Under the pieces are notes generated by a model. It was not told the origin of the DNA and searched no databases. It saw only the letters and a list, made by a program, of their open reading frames with translations. A program made the position numbers and the translations under genes. A stretch of DNA of 27,916 nt from Myxococcota bacterium (lineage in GTDB: Bacteria; Myxococcota; XYA12-FULL-58-9; JABJBS01): the NCBI GenBank assembly GCA_036339465.1, contig JAYZAY010000047.1, positions 1 through 27,916 of the forward strand. Reading direction: 5' to 3'. Shown in pieces: positions 9,513 to 18,784 of the stretch. Each line of letters begins with the position of its first letter. Positions within the stretch are counted from its first letter, which is position 1.

Positions 9513-12206
9513 ATGTTTGATCAATTTAAATCTCAACTTCCAGATGTCGATCCGCAAGAAACATCGGAGTGGCTGGAAGAATTCGAAATGATCCTCCAGC
9601 AAGATGGGCCCGAGCGCGCTGCTTATTTGATCGGCTCTATCCTGAAAAGAGCTCGGGAACTCAGCGTAGGGATCCCGCCTTTAATTCAAACTCCCTATAT
9701 CAACACCATACCCGCCTTCGAAGAACCCGACTTTCCCGGTGACGAGGTCATGGAAAAACGCATTCGACGCATCATCCGCTGGAATGCCATGGCCATGGTT
9801 CAGCGAGCCAACAAACGATTTCCTGGCATCGGCGGCCATATTTCCAGCTACGCTTCCTCCGCATGTCTTTACGAAGTCGGCTTCAATCACTTTTTCCAAG
9901 GCCGCGAAGCCCAAGGCGGAGGCGACCAAATCTATTTCCAAGGGCACGCTGCCCCCGGCGTCTACGCTCGAGCCTTCCTTGAAGGCCGAATATCCGAAGA
10001 GCAATTGGAGCACTTCCGCCGAGAAACGGGAGGGAAGGGTCTCTCCTCCTATCCACACCCTTGGCTCATGAGAAACTTTTGGCAATTCCCCACTGTGTCC
10101 ATGGGACTCGGCCCAATTTCGGCCATCTACCAGGCACGGTTCAATCGCTACCTCCACAACAGGAACTTAAAAAACACCGAACAAAATCGAGTATGGGCCT
10201 TCCTTGGAGATGGAGAATGTGACGAGCCCGAAACCCTCGGCGCATTGTCAGTGGCGGCGCGAGAGGGACTCGATAATCTAACCTTCGTCGTCAATTGTAA
10301 TCTCCAGCGCCTAGATGGCCCCGTCCGCGGAAATGGAAAAATCATCCAGGAACTGGAGGCTGTTTTTCGAGGAGCCGGTTGGCACGTTATCAAAGTCATC
10401 TGGGGACCAGAATGGGATCCGATTTTTGCCAATGACGTAGGTGGAACCCTCGTCAAACGATGCAATGAACTGGTCGATGGAGAATTCCAAAAATACAGTG
10501 TCTCCGACGGCCCTTATATTCGCAAACATTTTCTCAATGGCGACCCTAAACTCGAAAAACTATTCGAGAACATATCCGATGAACGGCTCCCAAAATTACG
10601 GCGGGGAGGCCATTCATATCGGAAACTCTATGCCGCATATAAGAAGGCGGTTGAACACCGCAACGCTCCAGTAGCCATCCTGGCCAAAACCGTTAAAGGC
10701 TGGACTCTCGGAGAAGGATTTGAGGCGAGTAATGTCACCCACTCCATGAAGAAACTCGACTTGGACCACCTACGAAAGTTCCGTGACACCCTCGAGCTCC
10801 CAATTTCCGATAGCGAAATCGACAAAGCCCCCTACTTCCACCCCGGCGAAAACAGCGACGAAATTCAATACCTCAAGGAACGACGAAGACAATTGGGGGG
10901 GGACGTTCCCTCTCGCACCTATCCCAAAACAAGCCTCACCCCCCCACCAGACAAAGTCTTTGCTGAATTTATAGAGGGCACCAAAGCAACCATCGAAATA
11001 TCCACCACCATGGCGTTCGTCCGACTATTACGAAACCTCTTGCGAGACAAGGAGCTCGGTAAACACATCGTTCCCATCATTCCCGATGAGGGACGAACCT
11101 TTGGTATGGATGCTCTCTTCAAAGAAATTGGAATCTACGCTGCATTGGGGCAACAATACGACCCCGTAGATGCAAACAATTTCCTCTACTACCGAGAAAG
11201 CCAAACCGGGCAGATTCTTGAAGAGGGCATTACCGAAGCCGGCTCCATGGCTTCCTTCCTGGCCGCAGGCTCTGCCTACGCAAATCACAATACCATGATG
11301 ATTCCCTTTTATACCTTCTATTCGATGTTCGGCTTTCAACGGACCTGCGACCAAATTTGGCAGGCTGGAGATCAGCGAACCCGAGGGTTTCTCATGGGCG
11401 CAACCGCAGGTAGAACCACGCTGAATGGTGAAGGCCTGCAACACGAAGATGGGCATAGCATGCTCTTTGCCAACGCGGTTCCCAATCTTTTGGCCTACGA
11501 CCCTGCTTATGCTTACGAGACCGCGGTCATTATCAAAGACGGACTCCAACGGATGTTGGATCACGATGAAGACGTCCTTTACTACATCGCACTTTACAAT
11601 GAAAACTACATGATGCCGAGTATGCCGGAGGGCGCCGAAGAAGGCATCCTGAAAGGCATCTACAGACACCCAGACAGGGTGGCTCTTCCCAAAAAGCCAA
11701 AAGCACACGCCCAATTATTTGGCAGTGGCACGATTCTAGATTCGGTTCTGCAAGCTCAGAAAATTCTCGCCGAAACATACAATATAGCTGCCCCCGTTTG
11801 GAACATCACAAGCTATCAGCAACTTTACCGGGATGGACGCGCGGTGAGACGTCACAATCGAATCAATCCAGCCCAAAAACCACAGCTTCCTTATCTCGTG
11901 GAAACCCTAAACAAAGCCCAGGCAAAAGGGCCCATTGTCGCTGCTTCCGACTGGGTCTCAGAGTTACCGGAAACCCTCGCTTCACTGGTGCCAAAAAACC
12001 CAATAACGGCTCTGGGAACCAATGGTTATGGCCGCTCAGATACCCGAGAGGCACTGCGACGGCACTTTGAAGTAGATGCCCACTCCATCGTGATCGCGGC
12101 CCTCAGTGCTCTTTCTCAGCAGGGGAAAGTGGAAGCATCTGAGGTGCGACAAGCCATTGCCGATTTGAATTGGGATCCAAACAAAATCGATCCCGCCACC
12201 GCTTAG
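9513..12206 (+). CDS. aceE: pyruvate dehydrogenase E1, homodimeric (AceE type)
   Basis: DVDPQETSEW, GGHISSYAS, QFPTVSMGLGP, TPP motif GDGECDE...NCNLQRLDGPV, EEGITEAG, TTLNGEGLQHEDG; 897 aa. Confidence 0.96.
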   Translation: MFDQFKSQLPDVDPQETSEWLEEFEMILQQDGPERAAYLIGSILKRARELSVGIPPLIQTPYINTIPAFEEPDFPGDEVMEKRIRRIIRWNAMAMVQRANKRFPGIGGHISSYASSACLYEVGFNHFFQGREAQGGGDQIYFQGHAAPGVYARAFLEGRISEEQLEHFRRETGGKGLSSYPHPWLMRNFWQFPTVSMGLGPISAIYQARFNRYLHNRNLKNTEQNRVWAFLGDGECDEPETLGALSVAAREGLDNLTFVVNCNLQRLDGPVRGNGKIIQELEAVFRGAGWHVIKVIWGPEWDPIFANDVGGTLVKRCNELVDGEFQKYSVSDGPYIRKHFLNGDPKLEKLFENISDERLPKLRRGGHSYRKLYAAYKKAVEHRNAPVAILAKTVKGWTLGEGFEASNVTHSMKKLDLDHLRKFRDTLELPISDSEIDKAPYFHPGENSDEIQYLKERRRQLGGDVPSRTYPKTSLTPPPDKVFAEFIEGTKATIEISTTMAFVRLLRNLLRDKELGKHIVPIIPDEGRTFGMDALFKEIGIYAALGQQYDPVDANNFLYYRESQTGQILEEGITEAGSMASFLAAGSAYANHNTMMIPFYTFYSMFGFQRTCDQIWQAGDQRTRGFLMGATAGRTTLNGEGLQHEDGHSMLFANAVPNLLAYDPAYAYETAVIIKDGLQRMLDHDEDVLYYIALYNENYMMPSMPEGAEEGILKGIYRHPDRVALPKKPKAHAQLFGSGTILDSVLQAQKILAETYNIAAPVWNITSYQQLYRDGRAVRRHNRINPAQKPQLPYLVETLNKAQAKGPIVAASDWVSELPETLASLVPKNPITALGTNGYGRSDTREALRRHFEVDAHSIVIAALSALSQQGKVEASEVRQAIADLNWDPNKIDPATA

Positions 12207-12217
12207 TGGTAGCCAGC

Positions 12218-12454
12218 TTAGCCTTCTGATGGGGTTTTCGTGCTCAACTTTAGAGCATGGAGGGCTCCCCCCATCACATCAGAAAGTGGGGCATAAACCA
12301 TGCGGTGGCGCTCCACCATGGAGACACCTTCAAAAACCGAAGATATCACAGTCACATCGTAATGGTCTTGAGTACCCGTCATGTCCGTCACCGTCACTGT
12401 CGAGTCGGTGATGCCAGTTTCCAGTCGTTGCTTAATTTCATCCGCCGTAATCAT
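12218..12454 (-). CDS. bolA: BolA/IbaG family protein
   Basis: DHYDVTVISSVFEG, ERHRMVY, LHALKLST; 78 aa; SD GGAG. Confidence 0.9.
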   Translation of the reverse strand: MITADEIKQRLETGITDSTVTVTDMTGTQDHYDVTVISSVFEGVSMVERHRMVYAPLSDVMGGALHALKLSTKTPSEG

Positions 12455-12482
12455 TCAATTTACTCCATCGCGATTGCCGCAC

Positions 12483-13781
12483 TTAGGATCCGCGCCTCAA
12501 CATCGTCGAAATATTGGCCCGGCTCACCCGCAATAAAGAAGGTAGAGCCCCACACATTGCTGCTAGCACAGATGCGATGAATAGCAAGCAGGCCAACCAG
12601 GCGGGCATCACAAAAAAGACTTCCGGTTTTAGCGGAAACGGCGGAATAAACTGAGCCAGACCCGATTCGACTCCCACAGCGAGCCCCCCCAGAACCATCA
12701 TCCCAAAAGCCCATCCCAAAAACCCCAAGACCAAGGCCTCTACGCAAACCAACTGCAACAAACTAAAATTCGGCGCACCAACCGCTCTCATGATCGCCAA
12801 TTCATGCCAGCGTTCGCGCACATAGGATGAAATAACGTGTCCCATAATAAGAGCCGCTAGCACAAAGACAAGACTGCCGAGTAATAAAGCAAAGAGAAAA
12901 ACAACCCTCCAAACTTGCTCTAGAGTTTCCCCACGCCGATGCACCTCGTACCCCATCGCGGCGACCTCCTCCACAAAGTCGGGTAAAAAGTCGGGATGTT
13001 TGAGCTTTACCCAAATCGATTGGTATCTTTCCTCGGCAGATTCCGACGAAGCATACTCTTTAATAAGAGAACGGGCTCGCCCTATGGAGACCGTAACCCC
13101 TAAATCAACGGCATACGGAGAAGCTCCCACAACCTTCGACCGAATGACACCTTGTTTTTTGGCACCACGACTGCCCATCATTAATGAGCGGCCCACCAAA
13201 ATCTCAAATTCAATATCCCTTAAGGCCTCCGGCTGAACTCGAGGTATCCCCACCACCGGGGCAACCGCAGAATTAAACATATCGACAAGTTTGTCGGAGA
13301 CCAAAACAGGCATGAGCTCAGAAGAGTCTTGCGTCAAATAGGCTTGAAGCTCCCCTGCCAATAACTCGGCCGGTACTCCTGTTACCATGACGTCGGCATA
13401 GAGCGATTTCCCTAAGAGTTCTCGACCACCTCTGGCTCCCAAAGGAAGATTGATGGATAAGACAGGATAAACTCCATCAACAACATCGATATCGCGAAGG
13501 CGGCCAAGAAGGGCTCGGTCCAACTTTCTTTCCCCAAAGAGACTGCTTCCATCAAATTCGAAGAGGCCTAATTTAAGGCTAGGTTTCACCACTTCGACCC
13601 TATCAAGGGGATACTCTCCCACCCATTTCTTGCCAATTGTCTCTCGAATACCCAAAGAGAGAGAGAGGACACTTCCCAAAAACGCCACCGCCAGCGCAAT
13701 CCCCACCACCGATGATAATAGGGCTTGAGGCTTCATCCGTAAATCGCTCACAGCCAGTTTGAAAGTGGTCGCTAACTTCAC
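12483..13781 (-). CDS. ABC transporter permease, FtsX/LolE/MacB (type VII) family
   Basis: N-terminal TM, large periplasmic domain, ERWHELAIMRAVGA motif, three C-terminal TMs. GTGA overlap with the ATPase stop. Confidence 0.88.
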   Translation of the reverse strand: MKLATTFKLAVSDLRMKPQALLSSVVGIALAVAFLGSVLSLSLGIRETIGKKWVGEYPLDRVEVVKPSLKLGLFEFDGSSLFGERKLDRALLGRLRDIDVVDGVYPVLSINLPLGARGGRELLGKSLYADVMVTGVPAELLAGELQAYLTQDSSELMPVLVSDKLVDMFNSAVAPVVGIPRVQPEALRDIEFEILVGRSLMMGSRGAKKQGVIRSKVVGASPYAVDLGVTVSIGRARSLIKEYASSESAEERYQSIWVKLKHPDFLPDFVEEVAAMGYEVHRRGETLEQVWRVVFLFALLLGSLVFVLAALIMGHVISSYVRERWHELAIMRAVGAPNFSLLQLVCVEALVLGFLGWAFGMMVLGGLAVGVESGLAQFIPPFPLKPEVFFVMPAWLACLLFIASVLAAMCGALPSLLRVSRANISTMLRRGS

Positions 13782-14431
13782 ACCAAACGCCCATCCTTCA
13801 AGACCAAGGTTTGGTCACTCAAAGACTCCAGAGACGATTCATGAGTCACAAAAAAAACCGCCATCCCGGCCTCTTTGACCTTTTTCAAACAAGCCATCAC
13901 CTTAGATTTACTATGGTCATCTAAGCTCCCCGTAGGCTCATCACAAAAAAGGATTTCGGGCGTGTGGTAAAGAGCTCGTGCCAAAGCCACCCGTTGCTTT
14001 TCCCCACCTGAGAGAGTCCAAACTTCCCGAGTCTTACGCACCGCTAACCCAACTTGGTCTAGAAGCTCGTCGACTCGGCCATCATCAGTATCGTCTCCAG
14101 CGACCCAAGCCGGTAACGCGATATTGGTTCGGATATCGTAGCGTTCAAGCAGCTCAAAGCTCTGAAATACGAATCCGAACTTACGATTTCGGAGTCGAGC
14201 TAAGTTTTTTTCTGGCATCGTGTAGAGGCAAGATTCACCAAAAATCACCTCTCCTGCACTTTGCGGATCCAAACCAGACAAAATCTGAAGAAGAGAGGTC
14301 TTCCCAGAACCTGACCCCCCACAAACAGTCACCCATTGCCCCCTTTCAATGGAGACCTGTACCTCCCTGAAAATAGCGGTGCGTTCTGAACCAACAAATT
14401 TTCCTAAGCCATGGCCTTGTAGAAGCCCCAT
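13778..14431 (-). CDS. ABC transporter ATP-binding protein, LolD/MacB-like
   Basis: Walker A GGSGSGKT, RNRKFGFVFQSF, LSGGEKQR, DEPTGSLD, VTHE. Start placed at ATG 14431 (TAATG coupling). Confidence 0.93.
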   Translation of the reverse strand: MGLLQGHGLGKFVGSERTAIFREVQVSIERGQWVTVCGGSGSGKTSLLQILSGLDPQSAGEVIFGESCLYTMPEKNLARLRNRKFGFVFQSFELLERYDIRTNIALPAWVAGDDTDDGRVDELLDQVGLAVRKTREVWTLSGGEKQRVALARALYHTPEILFCDEPTGSLDDHSKSKVMACLKKVKEAGMAVFFVTHESSLESLSDQTLVLKDGRLV

Positions 14432-16071
14432 TAGAGTCTTTGCTCCAATGTCCATCGGTAACGCTCAGGCGCGATGCTGAGCCCCAATGAAACTTGACCT
14501 AAATGACCCAATAAATCGAAAAGGTCTTTAAGCAATGCTGCTTTCAAAGCCCCCCCTCGCTGCCCCGGGCCTCCTAAGAACTCTTGGAAGCGTTCTCCCA
14601 AATCGCTAAGGGCAATTTGACCATGAAACTCTTGGCCGGCCCCATTTAGCCCTTTGAGCCAAAACTGAGTCAAGCCCTTTTCCGCATCGGATATAGCACT
14701 TAGGGCATCATGAATTTTCTTTTCCCACCCCAGTCCCCATGCCCAATAATAAGTATCATCTATGAGCCCCCACTGAACAAACGATTCCTTTCCAACGCGA
14801 TAACACAAAACCATGTGACCATTAATAAGAGACTCTTCTACTTCGACCTCAACGCCCCGGCCTTTTAAGGTCTCCATCTGAGTCTCCAGGATTGTCTTAA
14901 ATTTATCCACCCCCTTAAGACCAACCATTGCAATAAATTCGGTTCCCCTCGGCGCTCGGAGCCATCTCTTTGGTGCCTGCTGCATCCCAATCAAAACTTC
15001 GGGGATAGAGGTCATCTCTCCCCAGCTGGTAAACCATCCCGTAAGATGAGGGAGGGCTCGGTCAAGAATTCCCGCCCCGAGATAACCGTTGATTTCTTCC
15101 CACTTTGGTTGTCCCCATATACGCCACCCCGAGAGCCCCTTAAGTTCATCGAAAGTTTTCTGGTGAAGTAAATTCCCCGTGACCCAAAATGGAGGCATCT
15201 TTTCCCGAAATGAGTTCATCCAATCCGGTAACTCTGTCGAAGATATTTCAAATTTACGCTTTGCCGAACGTGGGATTTGTCCCACCACTTTCAATCCCCG
15301 GTCACTCATTAGCACGGAACTCAATTGCTTGAGCTTGCCCGTCCCAAAACGACCTCGCAATCCTGAGGCCACCCCTCCCCATCCAGCACTTCCATAAACA
15401 TGAAGCTGCGACCCCTTTTCTGGTTCCATTCCCACATAGGTATCGAAAAAAGAAACTTTGTCTTTCTTTTGCTCCTCTTCAATCGCCCACTCTATGAACT
15501 CGGCCAACAGGTTCCCGGAATTTCCCCAAACGACAATGCCAAGCCCTCTCCAAACAGTTATGGTAGCAACAGGAACCAACTCTTTCCCAAATGGCCGACC
15601 GATCACCTCCAATAAAAGCTCCGATTCAACATGGGTTTTCTGCTGAATTTTATCTGCACCGTCGACCCGCTTGAGTATACGCCGTAATCCCTCTCGAAAC
15701 TTCACTTCATCAACAACTCTAACCACCGTAAACGCCTTCGGTTTTTTTCCGAATCCAAAGACCGCCATAGAATCCGTTTGGTCGATGCCTAAATCGCTCC
15801 AACTCGCTTCATCCAAGATGTCGAAGCCCAATTTCATCTTCAAGGCCCCCCGTATCTCCTTTAGACGTCCCTTCGAGTTTCCCCGGAACAAGCTCCAAGC
15901 CAATCGAGTCATCCCTTCCCGCATTTCCTTGAGGATGGGAACCACCATAACCCCACTGGCGTCAGTGGGAATCAATGTGGTTACACTTATTTTTTCGTTT
16001 CGGGAACCTGTGTGAAGAAAATAGAAAGCACCCAAAATAAAAACGGGTAAGACCAAGATAATTTTTTTCAC
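14431..16071 (-). CDS. large exported/membrane-anchored hypothetical protein (possibly DUF3352-like)
   Basis: Long ORF. GTG 16071 is preceded by GGAGGGAG and followed by KKIILVLPVFILGAFYFL (signal/anchor). Translationally coupled to the ATPase. Family guess is weak. Confidence 0.7.
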   Translation of the reverse strand: MKKIILVLPVFILGAFYFLHTGSRNEKISVTTLIPTDASGVMVVPILKEMREGMTRLAWSLFRGNSKGRLKEIRGALKMKLGFDILDEASWSDLGIDQTDSMAVFGFGKKPKAFTVVRVVDEVKFREGLRRILKRVDGADKIQQKTHVESELLLEVIGRPFGKELVPVATITVWRGLGIVVWGNSGNLLAEFIEWAIEEEQKKDKVSFFDTYVGMEPEKGSQLHVYGSAGWGGVASGLRGRFGTGKLKQLSSVLMSDRGLKVVGQIPRSAKRKFEISSTELPDWMNSFREKMPPFWVTGNLLHQKTFDELKGLSGWRIWGQPKWEEINGYLGAGILDRALPHLTGWFTSWGEMTSIPEVLIGMQQAPKRWLRAPRGTEFIAMVGLKGVDKFKTILETQMETLKGRGVEVEVEESLINGHMVLCYRVGKESFVQWGLIDDTYYWAWGLGWEKKIHDALSAISDAEKGLTQFWLKGLNGAGQEFHGQIALSDLGERFQEFLGGPGQRGGALKAALLKDLFDLLGHLGQVSLGLSIAPERYRWTLEQRL

Positions 16072-16195
16072 CTTACTCCCTCCAAGAACCAAGAATCTCA
16101 GTAATTATTCTCGTCAAACCGGTGTATTATGCTCTTTGCTATTTCGGATCCGCCCTCTAGTCTTGGCCTACTCATTTCATCGAAGGTAGGGGCCC

Positions 16196-16541
16196 ATGCG
16201 AATCAATCATCGCTCGTTCTATTGCCTGTTATTCGTTTTAATGTTCTTCGCCAACTCTAACTCCTGGGATACACTGAGTAGCACTCTCGGTGCAAATCTC
16301 AGAAATTCGAGGTAACCGGGATGAAACCTGCGGTCGTCTAGACCTGCCCGTCGATGATGCCATGATTGACTTTGGCACACTCCCACTTCTGGAAAGTATT
16401 CGAAGGCCCCTAACCATCCAAAACATCAACGCCCCACTGCCCCCAAACATTCAATCCATAGAAATCAGAGGCTCTGCCGATTATCGGATTGCCCAGAAAA
16501 TCCCACGTGAGGCCATGCACTTTTCGCGTATATTGTGCTAG
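16196..16541 (+). pseudogene. probable frameshifted/truncated remnant of a secreted ASH (choice-of-anchor D-like) Ig-fold protein
   Basis: Signal-peptide-like ORF 16196-16315 (MRINHRSFYCLLFVLMFFANSNSW). The +1 frame then encodes IDFGTLPLLESIRRPLTIQNINAPLPPNIQSIEIRGSADYRI and stops at 16541. Confidence 0.4.
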
Positions 16542-16551
16542 GTCCATGCCC

Positions 16552-17253
16552 ATGTCTGAACAAATTGCTTCTACCCAATCAATAACGAAACGCGATGCGC
16601 TTAAGAATCTTTGGGATGAAATCTCATCCCGTCCCCTTTATGCTCCGCCCAACTTCTTTCGCTTTCTCAAACTCAAGGTCAAAACCAAAACCACATTCAT
16701 GAGCTCAAAGAACCTGAAAATTATCGCTCCAAAATGGAAAGTCAATGATTGTCAAAGTTGCACGGACATCTGCTGCATCGGTTCAAAATCAAAAGTTCTG
16801 CTACGACTGGAGGACATCGCAACACTCATGGATATCGGACGAACCGATTTAATCGACTGTAATTTCGATGTCATCCCCACCGATTCTCCAGAAATGCATC
16901 GATACGTTCACTCAGCAGCCTGGAGCATCTTCCCGAAACTACATCAGAATCAATACCATGCTTGCCAAGCACTCAGTCCAGAAGGGAAGTGCTCCATCTA
17001 TCCTCATTGGCCTCAATCGTGCGCGCGTTTTCCCTACTCACTAGACCCCAACCAACAAGAGTTCTTCTATAGCTCTCGGTGCAACTCTTTCTGGATCAGG
17101 CCAGATAAAGACCAGGAAGTAAAGGCAATGACCATCGGTGCCGTGGCCTCTTACAATCATCTCATCAAAGACCAGATTCTTTTATCTTATGCCTCAGTTG
17201 CTTTACGCACCTTGGGATTTACGCAATTTCTAAATGAAACGAAGATTGGGTAA
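16552..17253 (+). CDS. YkgJ-family cysteine-cluster (CxxCxxCC) protein
   Basis: CQSCTDICC and CQALSPEGKCSIYPHWPQSCARFPY. Start is ATG 16546 or 16552. Confidence 0.85.
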   Translation: MSEQIASTQSITKRDALKNLWDEISSRPLYAPPNFFRFLKLKVKTKTTFMSSKNLKIIAPKWKVNDCQSCTDICCIGSKSKVLLRLEDIATLMDIGRTDLIDCNFDVIPTDSPEMHRYVHSAAWSIFPKLHQNQYHACQALSPEGKCSIYPHWPQSCARFPYSLDPNQQEFFYSSRCNSFWIRPDKDQEVKAMTIGAVASYNHLIKDQILLSYASVALRTLGFTQFLNETKIG

Positions 17254-17423
17254 AATGACCTGTGGTTTGCCGTGATACGAAAATCAAGTTCGGTGATGTG
17301 GGTCGCTTTTACTCCGTTGGTTGTATTGACCCATAGAAGAGCAAGCATTTGATGTACCTGAAAATCCCAACCTCGAATTTTTCTTGGGGAGCGACGTCTC
17401 ATAGTCATCGGAACTGTGTAAAT

Positions 17424-18566
17424 ATGCTAAAACAGTCATTTCACCCCTTTTTCTGCGTTGTTCTGGGAATACTTCTGATGAGTCAATCCGGGCTGGCGCG
17501 TTCAAATACTAAGGCGCTGATTCTCGAAGTTACTGGGAGTGCCTGGATTCAACAACCTGGAGCAACCTCGGAGCACTCTGCTCACGCCCGTAGCTATATT
17601 CCATTTGGCTCGGCAATCCGAACAGGTCTCAAGGGTAGGCTGTCGCTTCGCCTGCCGAATGAAACGGTTCTAAATATTCGCCCCGACTCAAAAATAGTCT
17701 TGGTTTCAAGACAAGTTGGCCAAAAAACCACACGCAACTCATTGGTCCTTCTCTTTGGGCGAGTCTGGAGCCAAGTCGTAAAGAGAATGGGTGGAGAGGA
17801 GCATTACCGCATCGTCACTTCCAATGCTGTGGCCGGAGTTCGGGGAACCGAATTTGAAGTTGCCGTAGCCGACGATGGGCGCGCCAGAATCTACGTAGAC
17901 AGCGGCAGCGTGTCGGTTCGAACCCAAGAAAATGAAGCTCTACTTCAAAGTGGTGGAGATTCAATCATTAATCAACGGGGTGAAAGAGAAAAAGAAACCA
18001 ATGCATCCAAACAAGAGCCAAAATGGAACAATTGGTTCTCCACATGTCGGAGGCGCCTAAAAACCACTGCACCAAAATTAATCCAAATAGCCAGAATCAA
18101 TGTCCATACACACCGGGTTGGGATCAGCAAGATCCGTAATGAACAAGAGCACATTGTAGGAAAAGAAAAAAGACTTCAAAGTCGTGCGCGTATGGGCGAT
18201 GCTCGAGCAACACAAGAACGACAAAAGCTCAAAGCCCAGCTTCGGTTGCAAAAAACGGCCCTGTTTGAAAGACAACTACTCTTAAATGCCCAAATGGGCA
18301 TCGTCGACCGCTACGCAGATCTTGCTAACGATCCCAAATTTGGAATGCTGGACCGAACAACCATCATCCGAGAAGCAAAATTCCTCCGTCGTCTTAAAGC
18401 ATCCCTCGACAAAACCATTCAAGACGGCATGGATATTTCATTAAAAGCGATGGAATCTCTCATGAACGATATGGGGCGAGGCAAGCGAGATAGCCTCAAT
18501 GATTCCAAGGACTCCGCCGTAGATGAAATGTTTGGTCCCGATAAAGGCCGGTTAGATATACCATAA
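17424..18566 (+). CDS. secreted FecR-domain protein with C-terminal coiled coil
   Basis: Signal peptide MLKQSFHPFFCVVLGILLMSQSGLA. FecR-like GSAIRTG...IVTSNAVAGVRGTEFEV...VDSGSVSV. K/R/Q/E-rich helical tail. Confidence 0.78.
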   Translation: MLKQSFHPFFCVVLGILLMSQSGLARSNTKALILEVTGSAWIQQPGATSEHSAHARSYIPFGSAIRTGLKGRLSLRLPNETVLNIRPDSKIVLVSRQVGQKTTRNSLVLLFGRVWSQVVKRMGGEEHYRIVTSNAVAGVRGTEFEVAVADDGRARIYVDSGSVSVRTQENEALLQSGGDSIINQRGEREKETNASKQEPKWNNWFSTCRRRLKTTAPKLIQIARINVHTHRVGISKIRNEQEHIVGKEKRLQSRARMGDARATQERQKLKAQLRLQKTALFERQLLLNAQMGIVDRYADLANDPKFGMLDRTTIIREAKFLRRLKASLDKTIQDGMDISLKAMESLMNDMGRGKRDSLNDSKDSAVDEMFGPDKGRLDIP

Positions 18567-18784
18567 AAACAGCAAGTTAGGCTTATTTTTTTCGTGGGCC
18601 TGGCCCCATACCTAGAATACCTGATATAAATTGGAATGTGTCAGTCTGGACAACTTACTGGGAATGAATCAACGCCTGGGAAAAAGAGTATGGACCCAAC
18701 GACGATTTATTTCACGATAAGGCTTTCGGGCTTAAGGGGTTCACCAAAGACCGTCGTTCATCAGACCATCTGGGAGGCTTATCC

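Noticed and set aside
11028..11714. 228-aa antisense ORF (and 9681-10157) within aceE
   Set aside because: Shadow ORFs opposite a highly conserved gene; no motifs or SD.
12460..12747. 95-aa minus-strand ORF ending before bolA
   Set aside because: Alternative frame overlapping the permease C-terminal TM helices; no evidence for frameshifting.
18567..18784. Cyclic-dinucleotide (GEMM) riboswitch upstream of the MCP
   Set aside because: Some pairing is possible (AACGACG/CGTCGTT and a weak UUCG hairpin), but the GEMM-I core motifs are not present. An Rfam scan would settle it.
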